From assembly GCA_000708835.1 (NCBI GenBank), contig DF237154.1, forward strand, positions 79,753 through 143,752: a stretch of DNA of 64,000 bases, written 5' to 3'. Source of the DNA: Klebsormidium nitens (lineage: Eukaryota; Plantae; Klebsormidiophyceae). Made by a program: the position numbers and the translations under genes. How positions within the stretch are numbered: position 1 is the first letter of the stretch; the number at the start of each line of letters is the position of its first letter. The notes below the pieces were generated by a model. The model was given only the letters and a program-made list of their open reading frames with translations. It was not told where the DNA came from and did not search any database. Below, piece after piece: positions 49,307 to 61,030 of this stretch.

Positions 49307-52300
49307 ATGGCCAAGCTGGCCCCCGCGTGCACCACCCTCTCGGCGCGCCCCGCCATGCTGGCGCTGCTGTTGTGTATGGCAGGGTCGGTGTACCTGCTGC
49401 AACTAGAGCTGCCGCAAGACAGCGCATCGCTCGACGATGCTCTTCACGACGCCCATTCGCACGCCAACAAAGGGTACGGTGTCGCAGCAGCTGGGCTTCT
49501 TCCACGGAGAGGCACGCGGGGGGTGGCAAGCAGGGACTGCCGGCAGTCGCGCGACCGCTCGAGCTGTTCTGGAGAGCATTACGGAGAGAGTAGAGAGGAA
49601 GAATTGCTGGAAGCATCAGTGGAGCCAGGGCACCTGCGAGCTGGGCAGGATGGAATTACTGCCTCAAGTGGGAGTGGGCAGGAAACGGGGGATAGCAGCA
49701 AGTTTGGGGAAGGGCCAGCGGCAGCTAGCCATGCTGGTAGGCAAGCGCAAGGCGCAGCGCCTCTCTGGCTTAGGGAGCCTGGCCGCAAGGGGGGGAGTGT
49801 AACTGGCAGTGCCACCAGTGGCCATCAGCAACGAGCGCAGACTGATGGTATAGGAAAGGTGCACGGTAGAGCTAGTCAAAAGTCAACGGGTGTACATGTT
49901 GGCTCGGAAGCAGTTGGGTCCACCGTTGTGGGTCCAACGGGTGAGCAAAATCAAGTGACACGGAAGGAAGCTACTACAGAGTCAGGGCCCGCAGCACAGA
50001 GCTCAAGGGGTAGGAGCATTCGCGGGCTGCAGGCGCAGGTGCAGCAGTGCATTGTAGAGAGGGGAGGCGGCTTGCGCGCGGAGGCGGTGCTGGGGGATCC
50101 CTGCAAGGTCCGCGTGATGCACCCGCCTGGGGTGGCAGCTACATGGGTGAGCCACCCCCACCGCAGCAGAGCCTTAGTCCAATATATTTCAGAATGGGAA
50201 GAACTGACCGGTTTAAACTGTGCCAATGTTGACTGTCGGCTTTCAAATAGTTGAGGCAGTTGACAACCCATCTCGTGCAAGAATGCAGGTCCAGACCCGG
50301 CAGGAAGGCCCACCAACATGGCCGCACCACTGGTCCTGGCCTTCCTTTCTCTGTTCCCTCTTCTGCAAGGCATTGCACGGAACATTGTCATGACTTGTGG
50401 GATACCTTGCCCGTCCATCTTACTGGCCCCTAACTCAGAATCAGCACCAATGGTTGTGCCTCTGACACAATTGTTCCTTTGGCAACTCCCACAAGTGTTC
50501 CCTTGGCAGGCGGACAGCAGCGGGGCGCAAAAGGATGCGCGCGAGGTGGAGCTGGACGTGTGTGCGGTGGCGCGCTACTGGGCGGTGCTGCGCAACAGCA
50601 GCTTGGTCCTCACCAAGGAGTACCTTGATGCACACAACGCCACAGCCGCAGTCATGCACCGCATGCGCCGCCACAAGAGCGACCCGTGAGCACACTCAAC
50701 ATGCTTCCCATACTCGTTGCTGCTGTTTCTGAGTTACTCTTGGGCAAGCGCAACCTAGTTCGGTGCTGGCAGAGTTATGCACTGCGTCTGACTGGGCTGG
50801 GATCAGGGGTAGCGTCTCGCAGCCGCCTTCATTCCCCACCCAGATCGTTATGAAGGGCACCTGATGTGTCTGCACTGCGATTAAATCGGCCTTCAAACCC
50901 CTTTGAAGACCAGTCCCGGAACGGCTGACTGGCTCAGCGTGCTTTTCGATAGTTTCGCAGCTGCACGATTGCAGAGCGCCGATTGGATGCCTACCGCTGT
51001 TTGGCCAGGGTGTATCGATAGAAGGAGTACCAAAGCCTAGGCCAATGAGGACCCTACGGTGATCCTGCCAAAGCTGAACGACGTGCAGCCTATGCCAGTC
51101 TGGACGAAGCACTAGTGGCACCCAGCACAGAAGCTGCTCTTGGCGGGAAGACTGCTGCTTCGGCCTGAATGAAACCAAGAGTGTGCTTTGCTTTCTTCAG
51201 CCAACCCCGTGCGCTGCTTCCGAAACAGGGCCACTGCTCTGTGTGTCGCATGCTTGTTCGAGAACGGCGGGCATGACGATCCGTGTCTTCCGCTGTGCAG
51301 CGATTCCTGGTGTCGCCCCAAGCGGTGCCTGCACATTCTGCGCAGCCAGCTCCCCGACCGGCCGCCCTTGCCCCCCGGCTACTTCCCGCGGTGCGCTGTG
51401 GTGAGCTCTTGCGGCCCACAAAAGCCCCTCAAAACTGGAGCGATCAAAACAGTTGGCGTTTCGGGAACCGCAATTCCGTCAGGTCGGAGATGACATCTGC
51501 ACTTGAGATGGCCTTAAAACATAACCAAAGCGGGGTATTGCCGTTGATCTAAACCATGTTCTTGGCTTTCCTTGGGGCTGTATGTTTCAAAACAAAATGT
51601 ATAGAGTGTAGTTTAAGGACACAACTGGAAAAGTTCGGCAGCGGATCCTTCCTAAGTTCTGCAAAGGTCACCGCCTATTTTCATCGTCCATCTTCACGTG
51701 CTCCACTCTGCTCAATTTGTATCAAGCTCAATGCGTCTTCTTCCCCGACAATGCAGGTGGGCAACTCGGCGGATCTGCTGCACACGCGCTTCGGCCCCGA
51801 GATCGACGGCCACGACGCAGTGTTCCGCATGAACGCCGCGCCGACGCGTGGCTTCACCGCGCACGTGGGCGCCACGACGACGTTCCGCGTGGTGAACAAC
51901 CGGGCGTGGGCGGTGGGCCTGGGGGCCGTCAGCGAAAGCGCGGCCGAAGTGCTGGTGGCGCATGGGCTGTTCCACCCGGATATCTTCCAGGAGCTGCGCT
52001 ACGGCCTGCCGCGCAAGAACAACGCCACCAGCGGGTTTGCCCAAGAAGAAGAGGAAGGGGAAAGCCGGGGGGGAAAGGAGGGCGCCGGCGGAAACGGGAC
52101 GAGCCTCGACGATGATCTGCGGGACGAAAATGCTTTCGGGTCCAATTTGAATCGAAGCTTGGGTAAACAAAGTATGAGGTTGGGCCGGAACGGTACAAGA
52201 AACGGGGGAACTACTGGTGAGAAGTCTGGCGGGCTAGAGTCGGACGGCGAGGAGAGCGGTCCCGGCGAGTGGGGTCCGCCGCTGGCCAACCCGGTGCTGT

Positions 52301-52536
52301 TCCTGGACGGGGCAGCCGCGGGCGCGGGCGCGGCGGAGGGCACGGGCTTCCGCGCGCTGCAGCTGGCAGCGAGCGTGTGCGGTGCCGTCAGCCTGTACGG
52401 GTTCAGCGTGGACGTGGGGTACGCGCGCTGGGGCAAGTACTTCACGGCCCGCGACGGGCCGGGCCACGCGCCGCTGCGGGGGGTCATGTACTACCAGGCG
52501 CTCGAGTGCCTCGGGGTGAGCGCGCTCGATCTTTGA
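49307..52536 (+). CDS. GT29 sialyltransferase-like protein, MGP2/SIA2-type, 631 aa. Exons 49307-50146, 50510-50685, 51301-51400, 51757-52536.
   Basis: Signal-anchor PAMLALLLCMAGSVYLL; QQCIVERGGGL...DPCK; LTKEYLD; sialylmotif L RCAV-VGNSADLL...GPEIDGHDAVFRMNAAP..F..HVG...FRV; S-like GTGFRALQLAASVCGAVSLYGFSVDVGY; C-terminal W.KYF...GHAPL.G..YYQ.LECLGV as remembered for plant MGP2/SIA2. Exon sum is 1896 nt, in frame. Confidence 0.88.
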
Positions 52537-52687
52537 ATTCCGGACCACATTTGCAAACGGACATGGTTTGCTTGAAGCTCTTCACCACGAAAAGTTCGAC
52601 TCCAAACGATTGAAGCGTAAAAGTGGTTCAGGCGTCGCTTTTACACTCATGAGAGCTGGACGTTCCTTCGGCATGGTTTGACTTTGA

Positions 52688-53542
52688 ATGCCCCTAAAAT
52701 GTCCTTATGACTATATTTTATCGTCTCTTTTTCTGCCCATCGACTTGGCTGTCCCCTCTCCCCGCCACCGCATCCTGCAAAATGCATCCTCTTACAGGGA
52801 CCCCCTCTTCTTCTGCCAGGTCGTGTCCCTGCACTCCGCCGCCCGCTCATCTCGCTCGCACGTGGCTCCACCTCCGCCGCTTCTTGCCGATGTCCTTGCG
52901 GCGGTGCAGTCCGCCGAAATTTCGAGACCGCCCTCGTCATGCAGCCGTTGGGCGGCCGCATTCACACCGCGGTCTCGCACCCGCACCTCATGCAATAGCC
53001 CCGTTGCGCTGCCGCTCAAGCCGGCCGCGATGCGTGCTGCCAAGTTTGACGTGATCGCGGGCCTGCACGTGCACGCCGGCAACATGAGCGGCCTCTTGCG
53101 ACCGCTTCGGGAGGACAACGGCGCATCCGTAACGCGCTCCGCAAGCATGCAAGAGGCCATCCATTCAGCAGCCTTGGATGATGCCCTCACCGACCTCATC
53201 GAGAAGGACCTGCCTCGTGGGAGAGTGCAAAAAGCAGTCGACATTGAACCGGGGCGGCTGCTACCGGTAACACGCTACTTGGAGCATTTTGATTGGACGC
53301 ACCACGTGTGCGTCATCAGACTTCCTGAAAAAAGCAACCGTAGAGCGTACGGAGACTTTGACGGCATCAGCCACGGGCGAGAAAAGGCGGACCTACAACA
53401 GGTACTTGGACCGGAGGGCGGCGCCCGAAAGGACAACAAGACCCGACTCGGCACAACATATGGAAGTTCTGCGGAGGGCAGTCAAAACTTTGATACAGTT
53501 AGCTTAGGTTGGCTGGTGCATTACCAACCCAACTTGTGTTAG
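52688..53542 (+). other. Unassigned 284-codon intronless ORF at the edge of the transposon zone
   Basis: Open frame in the ORF track. The C-terminal half looks globular, but no family motif was recognised. Confidence 0.3.
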
Positions 53543-54439
53543 TGGACTAGTTGCTCGTGGACTTGGAAGGTTCATTCATGCATCGACTAGCAGGGTTGGA
53601 TGTAAAAAGAGACTACCCATGTCGTAAAATCTCAAAAGCATATGAGACACCGTTACAACGCGTGAATGTGGGGTGGCTGCGAACTCACAGGAAGCGGCAC
53701 CGGAGTTGTGAACACTTTGCAATATGTTTGTGAGTCGATCAAACGTTGAAACGTGTAGTCGTATAAGGCAGCTGAGCCCATAAAAAACAAGCTCGCAAAT
53801 CTAATCAGTACGAGACAGAGGCAGACTTGTGTTGATTGCGACTTGTAGAGCAACACATTTGCTTGCGCGCAACTAGTTGAAACCGCGACCTTCGCGAAAA
53901 ATCGGTCCGCTAAGGTGGTGGGCGCTTTCTCAATGGACCAACGATGCCCGTCTGTGGCATAAACGGCGTTACACGAAACATCGTTTTCATTCGGCTATGT
54001 CAAGAAACTTAGCTCGTGACAAAACCGGGTTGCAAGCTATATTGACTGCACAAGGTTTCAAAGATCCTTAACGGTGTTTTGGCAAGCTAAGCTCGCTTGC
54101 GGAATCTTATGACGATTTTCGAGACATATTCGAGACTTGCGTATGCTATAATCGCATTCATCACTGTACTGAACACGTTTGAACCACTTGAAATTCAAGT
54201 ATAGCAACTTAGTGGTCAAAAGGAACGCCGGCATCTTATGTTCAGCTGCTATAATAACCATCTTTAAGCAGAATCCGAGCAAGGTGTTAACGCCTGACTC
54301 CTTGAAGTACTATATCTGGCATAATGAATTTGAGGCGCGAATTCGTTGCGCCGTCAATAGCGACCGGGAAACGGGTCATGCCTTGGGCGTAGGAGAAAGC
54401 TAAAGGCATGTTGATGTTTTGCCAAGCGAAGGCAACTTT

Positions 54440-54670
54440 GCCAAGTTCGGAAGGACACCTGCTTGGTCGTGAAGAAAGCCGAGAGCCGGTGCTGTGGCAC
54501 CTAAATTCGGGTGACCCTAGCTCTCAGAGCTTGGCCGAGATGGTCAAGGGCCAGGGCCCGTTGGTCTGGAGTGTGGGGCTCAAATCCAAGGCGTTCGAGG
54601 GCAAACTTTACTTCGATGTGTGAGCGTTGCATCATGGGGAAGCAAATCAAGACTCGCCGTTTCCCAAGAA
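54440..54670 (+). mobile_element. Degenerate Ty1/copia GAG-pre-integrase (HHCC) fragment
   Basis: VLWHLNSGDPSSQSLAEMVKG followed by CERCIMGKQ..TRRFP. Confidence 0.7.
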
Positions 54671-54849
54671 CTCAGGGGACTTCAAGAGGGAACGGAGTTC
54701 CTTGAGCTCGTGCACTTGAATAGTTGCGCAATGCCCATGCAGGTGACGTCAACGGAAAAAGCAAGGTAGTTGGCCACTTTCTTTGAGTGACTGATAGGCA
54801 GCTTTTGAGGTGCAATAGATGAAGCACTTCGTGGGAACCGGCCGCCACC

Positions 54850-56110
54850 ACTTCCGATTTTTTGACGAGCTCCCAGGTCCCATTCTCATACAAAGATTGC
54901 ATCTCCTCGTCCATTGACTTCCGCCATAGTTCACTCTCCTCTCCGCATACGTCTTTCTGATAGGTCTGCGGTTCTGGGTGCTTCCCCGCTTTTGGTTCCG
55001 CCGCTAAGTTAGCGCGGTACCACTCCCCCAGTGCGCGTCTTTCACGCGCGGGGTACCTCTGGGCAGTCGGTGTTTGCATTCCGGTATCCTCCTCTATCTC
55101 TTTCGCCTTTGCTTTGGCCCTCGCGCACAGTTTCGAAGTCAACCCTCATTTTGGCGCCCGTTCGTGAAAGCGCGCGCGGCGGCCGCGGGTCGGAGGCGCG
55201 CGCGGCCGCGTTGCCCTCGCACAGAAATACGACTTTTGACCCCTGTTGAGCCTCCGTGTGAAGCTGTGCGTTGTGACCCTCCGCCGTCTGGGAACCGTCC
55301 GTGGGGTCGAAGCCAAGCTCGACAACCCCATCCCCCCCAATCCCTTCGTCAAAGATGACGTCCGCGGGATGATTACTTTCCGTCGCGGTCTTGGAGCAAC
55401 CTATACGCCTTCGAGTCCGGCTCGTACCCCACGAACACGCATCGCTTGCTAATTGGAACTAGCGTACGCCTTAGCTGCTTGGGAACGTGCCACGCAAAAT
55501 GCTCGGCTCCAAAAATCCTCATATGCCCGCCACATTCGACTTTTCACCAAAGGAACTTCCAAGGAACTCCTCCCATTAGCGCGCACGGGCGTCCGGTCGG
55601 CAAGTGTAGTTGGCCGTCACCACGGCTTCCGCCCACAACTCTCAGCGGCCAACCCCGAGTCCTCAAGCCTTGCCCCCGTCTTCCGAAGTTCTCTTCTAAA
55701 TCATGGTTAAGCCGCTCCGCCGATCGTTCTGCTCGGCCGTGTAGGGGGCGGTCTTCTCGTGCACCATCCCCTTGCCCCAGAACACGTCTTTGAGGGCCTT
55801 GTTGACATATTCCTTCCCTCGATCCGTCCGCACCGACCTGATCTTCTTCCCCGAATGCTATTTCAACTGGTTAATCACGTGCTCGGTCACCTTGGCCACC
55901 TCGCTCTTTTGCTTCATGGGGACTACAACCGAGAGCTTGCTGTAGTAGTCCAAAAACGTGGCAAAGTACCGGCGGGCCCCCGACCGAGGGGACCGGCATC
56001 GGCCCGCAGACGTCCATGTGAACCAGCTTGAGAGGCCCTTCATGCTCACCGACTCAGCAACTCTGGGAAGGGAAGCCGCGTTTGCTTCTCCATGATGCAC
56101 TGCTCACACC
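54850..56110 (-). mobile_element. Degenerate Ty1/copia pol segment (integrase core, SH3-like region, start of RT), inverted relative to its neighbours
   Basis: CEQCIM.KQ; LVHMDVCGP; RYFATFLDYYSKLSVVVPMKQKSEV; IRSVRTDRG; LWAEAVVTANY; KRCVFVGYEPDSKAYR; EPQTY...WRKSMDEEMQSLYENGTWELV. Several frameshifts. Confidence 0.9.
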
Positions 56111-56142
56111 GAGGTTTTGAGCGCCCTAAGCGCCCCCGGTTT

Positions 56143-56162
56143 NNNNNNNNNNNNNNNNNNNN
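56143..56162. other. Assembly gap (20 N)
   Basis: Run of N in the sequence. Confidence 1.
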
Positions 56163-56229
56163 TTGATTTCCGTAGAACTTCCCTGAGATAGAGATTTCTG
56201 CCAAGCTTCTTGGTGCATGAGCAAGGATT

Positions 56230-57123
56230 TTAGCTGCCCAAGAAGAGGGCGGTGGTGGGTCGGACTCTGCGGTAGCTTATGTAGCTCAGCGGAAAGGGAG
56301 CAAGGAGAAGAGCCACGGCGAGGATGAGAGCCGGGGCAAAGGGCCCAAGTGCCACAATTGCCGTGAGTTTGGTCACATTGCCCGGAAGTGCAGCAAGTGT
56401 TATGCGGATAGGCGGGAGCTCAAACCGGAGCAGAAGAAGGGAGCGAAACCTTTCAAGGGAGTGGCTTTCAGCCTGATTGAGGGGGTAACTGCCAATGAGT
56501 GGTTCGTCGGTTTGGGTAGCTCCCAGCACCTAATTGGGACAAGATCCTATTTGAGACCCTCGAGGTATTTGGGGGTGTAGGTGCTCAAGAGTTCACGTTC
56601 GGAGACAAGGGAACCTTACATGGGCAGACTCGGGAGCGGCTCGGTTGAGCTGCAATGCGCGACTCCGACCGGAGAGTGTTTTGTCACTCTCCAATACGTG
56701 ATGTACGTCCCAGGGGTTGCGGCAATCTTGATCTCGGTGAGCAAAGCAACCAAGGTCGCGTCTGGGTTGTTAAAATAGAACGGCAACTGTGAGCTTAAGG
56801 TTGACGAGGCTTAAGAGAGACAACGGGGTTGTTGAGCTGAGCTTCGACCCCACGGAGGTTTCCCAGTGGCGGCCGGCGAGCGCGACACCCGCGCCCGCGC
56901 CCGCACACGCGCCCACGCTCACGAGCGACCGTGGCCGCGCCGCACGCACAAATTCCAAAACTGATCAAAGTGGGCAAGTTTTGGAAACGATGCAAGAGAG
57001 CAGACCGGAGCCGGAAGAGATTGCGGATTGGCATAGGGATGCTAACACCGGCTGCTCAGAGGTACCCCGCGCGTAAGAGACGCGCACCTCGGAAGTGGTA
57101 CCGCGCCAACTTGGCAGCGGCTA
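56230..57123 (+). mobile_element. Degenerate copia gag zinc knuckle, protease and pre-RT spacer fragments
   Basis: KCHNCREFGHIARKC (CCHC knuckle); NEWFVGLGSSQHL (degenerate protease); QRYPARKRRAPRKWYRANLAA (paralogous to the minus-strand copy at ~55000-55060). Confidence 0.75.
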
Positions 57124-58364
57124 CACGGGACACGTGCGGTGCGGAATTTGGGAACAGCAATGTTCTCGGTCCGCGCGACGGTATACCGGGTTCCAACCTA
57201 GGTACCGTCGATCGACCGTGGGTCCGATCGGCATACATTCCCGGGGTTTGAACCTGCGCGCCACCCTCAAATTACCTGCAATATTTATCTTTTCGCCGAA
57301 ATTTCTTCAAAATTGCCCCAATCTGCCCTTGAAAATGGGGTTTATGTTGTCCGCCATAGCCCTTGTTAAAGAGGCGCATCAAGTCGCTGCTTTTCTAAGG
57401 AGGTAGGGGCCTTGACCTTCTCAAAGGTTGGCATGATTCCACATGCATGAGCCGCAAAGACCATCAAAGTGGAGTTTGTACGTATACAACAAGCCAGGTG
57501 CTGGCGCTTGGACGCCATTCCTTTCCAATTGATTTGAGCAACTTGCAACTGGGGCCCTCTTCCTTGTAAAGTTTTGCGCGATTAATTGGCCGCTTGCGGG
57601 CCCGCAAGGCCTCTGCCGGAGACACTCACTTGGTGGTGGTCCATTGGGGCCAGGCCGATAGAGTGTAGCGGATCCCGGGGCAACGGCACCGCGGTCCGCT
57701 AGTACCTACCCTATCATTCGTAGGTAGTACCAGGTAGTACCTACTCCCCAAATCGGTAGGTAATAACCGTATTACAAGTTTGTTTTTCGTATAACGGGAC
57801 CGATCCTACCGTACCTAGTCTACGACGGTCTTCTAGTATCAGGGCACAGACTACGATGGTACCTAAGGTAGTACGTAACTGGGTAGGTACACGATATCAT
57901 GAGTTGAACTACTGACCCTGAACTTCTGCAAAAGCATACGTCTACCGTACGTGAAAGTGGGTTTATCATTGTGGTACATGGGTAAGTAGTAGGTGCTACA
58001 GTATCTGCCTACAAAAAATACCGCGGTGCTGGACCCCCGGGAAGACCGCCGGTATGGACAGTACGTAACAATCAGTCTAATGCAACCTACCTCCTACCCG
58101 AGCTGCATTGCCAGACTACAAACATTACCGGGCATTTGATCAAGAAGAATGCCCCAAATCTTAATGCAGGCAATTTACCGAGAACGTTCCCCGGCTCCGC
58201 GCAAAAGTGCCGAAAGTTCGACCTAGCCCCGACCTGCACATTTGCCCGAACCAGGTTCTGGACTGCAAGCTATTGCAAGGTTCGGACCCCGGGCGTTGCA
58301 CAAAAAGCGGAGGTTCAACCTCGGAATTTGCCGGTTTAGAAATCCGCATCGGACATGTCCTGTA
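57124..58364. mobile_element. 1241-bp non-autonomous TIR DNA transposon (TA target duplication, Tc1/mariner-like behaviour) nested in copia pol
   Basis: Left end TA|cacgggacacgtgcggtgcggaattt; reverse complement of right end TA|tacaggacatgtccgatgcggattt. Removing the element and one TA restores the copia frame AATEAGKH, which reads AAEPKAGKH in the paralogous copy. Confidence 0.8.
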
Positions 58365-59995
58365 TACGGAAGCGGGGAAGCACCTTAAAGGAACGGGGAA
58401 GCACCCAAAATCGTAGTGTTATCACTGCAGGAAACCGAAGGGAGAGAAGAAAGTGACCTCTAGTGGAAGTCCATGGACGAGAAGAGGCGTACCCTGTTGG
58501 AGAAAGGGACGTGGGAGATCGTGGCAAAACCGGAAGGGGTCAAGCCGGTGCCCATAAAGTGGGTCTACTCGGATAAGTCGGGACGCTCACGGGATTGTGG
58601 AGCGGTACAAGTCCCGGTTGGTGGCAAAAGGCTGGTGCAAAAGCAGGGGATTGACTTCGACGAGGTCTACGCCCAGGTGAACAAGCACACGACGTTGTGT
58701 GCGCTGCTTGCGGTGATTGCGGAGCTGAATCCGGTGGACGTCAAGACGGCGTTCCTTAACGGGGCGCTGGAGGAGGAGATCTACATGCAGCAACCGCAGG
58801 GATACAAGCAAGGTGGGCCGGAGGTGGGCTGCCGCCTCAAGCGCACATTGTACGGGGTGCGCCAGACGCCGCGTGCTGCGTGGCACATGCGCTTGAACCT
58901 GAAGGAGGAGCTCGGGAACCTCGACTTCGTGGCGTCCATGGGGGATGCAGCGCTTTCCACGGGGCTTGAAGCCGGGGATCGGGTCTACCTCGTGGTGTGG
59001 GTGGACGACATCCTTGTGGCGGCCCGTGGAGCGGAAGGATTTGCGAAGGTGAAGGCGCACTTGGCGGAGAAGTTTGACGTGCACGATCTAGACGAAGCGA
59101 CGTACTTCCTCGGGATGGAGTTGACGCGCGTCAGGGAGGCGCGCACTATGAAGCTGACGCGAAAGAAGCTGACGATGGTTGGAGGTTACGGACTGGCGGA
59201 CACGCGGGTGCTAGAACGGGGGACAAGTTAACGAAGGAGGATGAGCCCCTCGACACAAAGCGGCTTCCATACAGCGAGTGTGTGGAAAGCCTGCTGTACC
59301 TGATTGTGTGCACGAGTCCCGACATCGCACGGGCGGTGGGCGCGCTTGCACACTACACGGCGAGGCCGTCGGAGGCGCACTGGCGGGCGGCGCTTGGCGT
59401 TGTGCGCTACTTGTCGAGGACGGCAGACCACCGTGTGACCTCTGGGGGGAGACTCTCGTTGGTTACTATCACATGCGGAATACGCCGGTAACTCGGACAC
59501 GAATCGGTCCACAACGGTGTACGTCTCCTGAAGTAGGGGGGGGCGGTGAGCTGGTCGAACAGGCACCAGCCAACGGTGGCGGCCTTGACGGTGGAGGTAA
59601 ATACATGAGCACCGCGCAACCGGTGAAGGAGGCGTTGTGGTTCCGCAAGCTCGGGGGGGATCTCGAGTTGGACCTCGGGACGGTCCGGATCTACTGCGAC
59701 AACCAATGGGCAAATCGGGCACCTGAAGCATCCGATCGCTTTGCAGCGATTGAAGCACATTGACGTGGTTCATCACTTTGCATGGGAGCACGTGGCACGC
59801 AAGGAGGTCGCGTTCGCGTACTGCAGAACGGAGGACATGAAGGCGGACATCATGATCAAGGCGCTGGCACCGGGGACGTTCAAAAAGTGCAAGAGCGAGA
59901 TAGAGATCGCACTATCATTAGTGTTTGGGGGAGTGTTGAGATACGAGCATTTAAGGACCGAATTTCTAAGTGACTCTATGGTTTTAGGATCACGA
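58365..59995 (+). mobile_element. Degenerate copia RT-RNase H, polypurine tract and start of a 3' LTR (TGTTG at 59934)
   Basis: GTWEIV.KP.GVKPVPIKWVY; QGIDFDEVYA; DVKTAFLNGALEEEIYMQQPQG; LKRTLYG; WVDD; YFLGME; SLLYL..CT.PDIA.AV; KEALWFRKL; IYCDN; KHIDV.HHF; MKADIMIKAL; then gggggag followed by TGTTG. Confidence 0.93.
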
Positions 59996-60052
59996 CGTCG
60001 ACGGTAATTCGAGGGTACCTAGTAGTTACGATTACACGGTTAAATGCGCGGA

Positions 60053-61030
60053 TTACAGCGTTACACCCGAATGACTTGGCGATAACTGTCAATATTGTGT
60101 AGGCTCGATAACAGCCGCTGATGTACGGTATAGAGTGAAATTTTCGGACCTACTAGGTGACGGTCCACTGAGCCTACTAGGCTACAGTGTAGACCAAGAG
60201 ATAGGCCGTGACTTGGAACACTCCATATACATTGTGTGAACTTGATTGATTGAATATCACTTCCAACAACGGTGTGTTTCAACACCACACCCTTGAGGAG
60301 AATTTCCCGCTTCGTTTGCTCCGGCTTGTGCTCTCGCTTGTCCGGCTGCACTTTCGGGTAATGTGACCTAATCCCCCAAAATAATAGCACTTAGGCCCCT
60401 TGCCCCGGCTAGCCTCATCCATCCCGCACACCACAGCAACACATTCCGAGACACCCGGGGCTGAAAACCCCTTGCAACAAGCGCCTCCTCCCTCAAACGC
60501 TTCTTCTCAGAATGATATCACAGTGTTCATTCGTCTTCACTATCAAGCAAGGTTGCCAATCTCTTGTCTAGGCAACAGCTTGAGTCTAAAGTTTCCAGTC
60601 ACTGAGCCTAGAGTGTCTGTTCTTGAGTTTACTACTCTTGGCTCTCTCCTGGGCCGTCCGATCTACCTGAGACAGAGGTCTACTCGAATCCTACCGTCGA
60701 TAAGCATTCGGCTAACTCCTAGCGAGTCAACCATTTCTAACAGTTACAGCGTTACACCCGAATGACGTATTGAGTGACCGCCGTAATAAGTTGGTTCGAG
60801 AATAGCCGTTGACATTCAAATTTGCGCGAACCTTCCGGACTCGCTTATTCGCGGTCATCTGAGCCTACTAGGCTATTAGTATAGACCTTGATTAAAAGTG
60901 TGACTCTTCTTGAGTGTGTCTAGCATAGCACTGAGACTACATACCTTTAGCGCCGCTAGACCCCGAATACTCGATATAAATTGTATGAACTTGATCATTC
61001 GATCATTCAGTCCCAACACGCCGTGTTTGA
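60053..61030. repeat. Diverged direct repeat (copies start at 60053 and 60744), origin unknown
   Basis: An identical 23-mer ttacagcgttacacccgaatgac starts both copies, followed by colinear similarity (e.g. ctgagcctactaggcta, gaacttgat). Confidence 0.75.
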
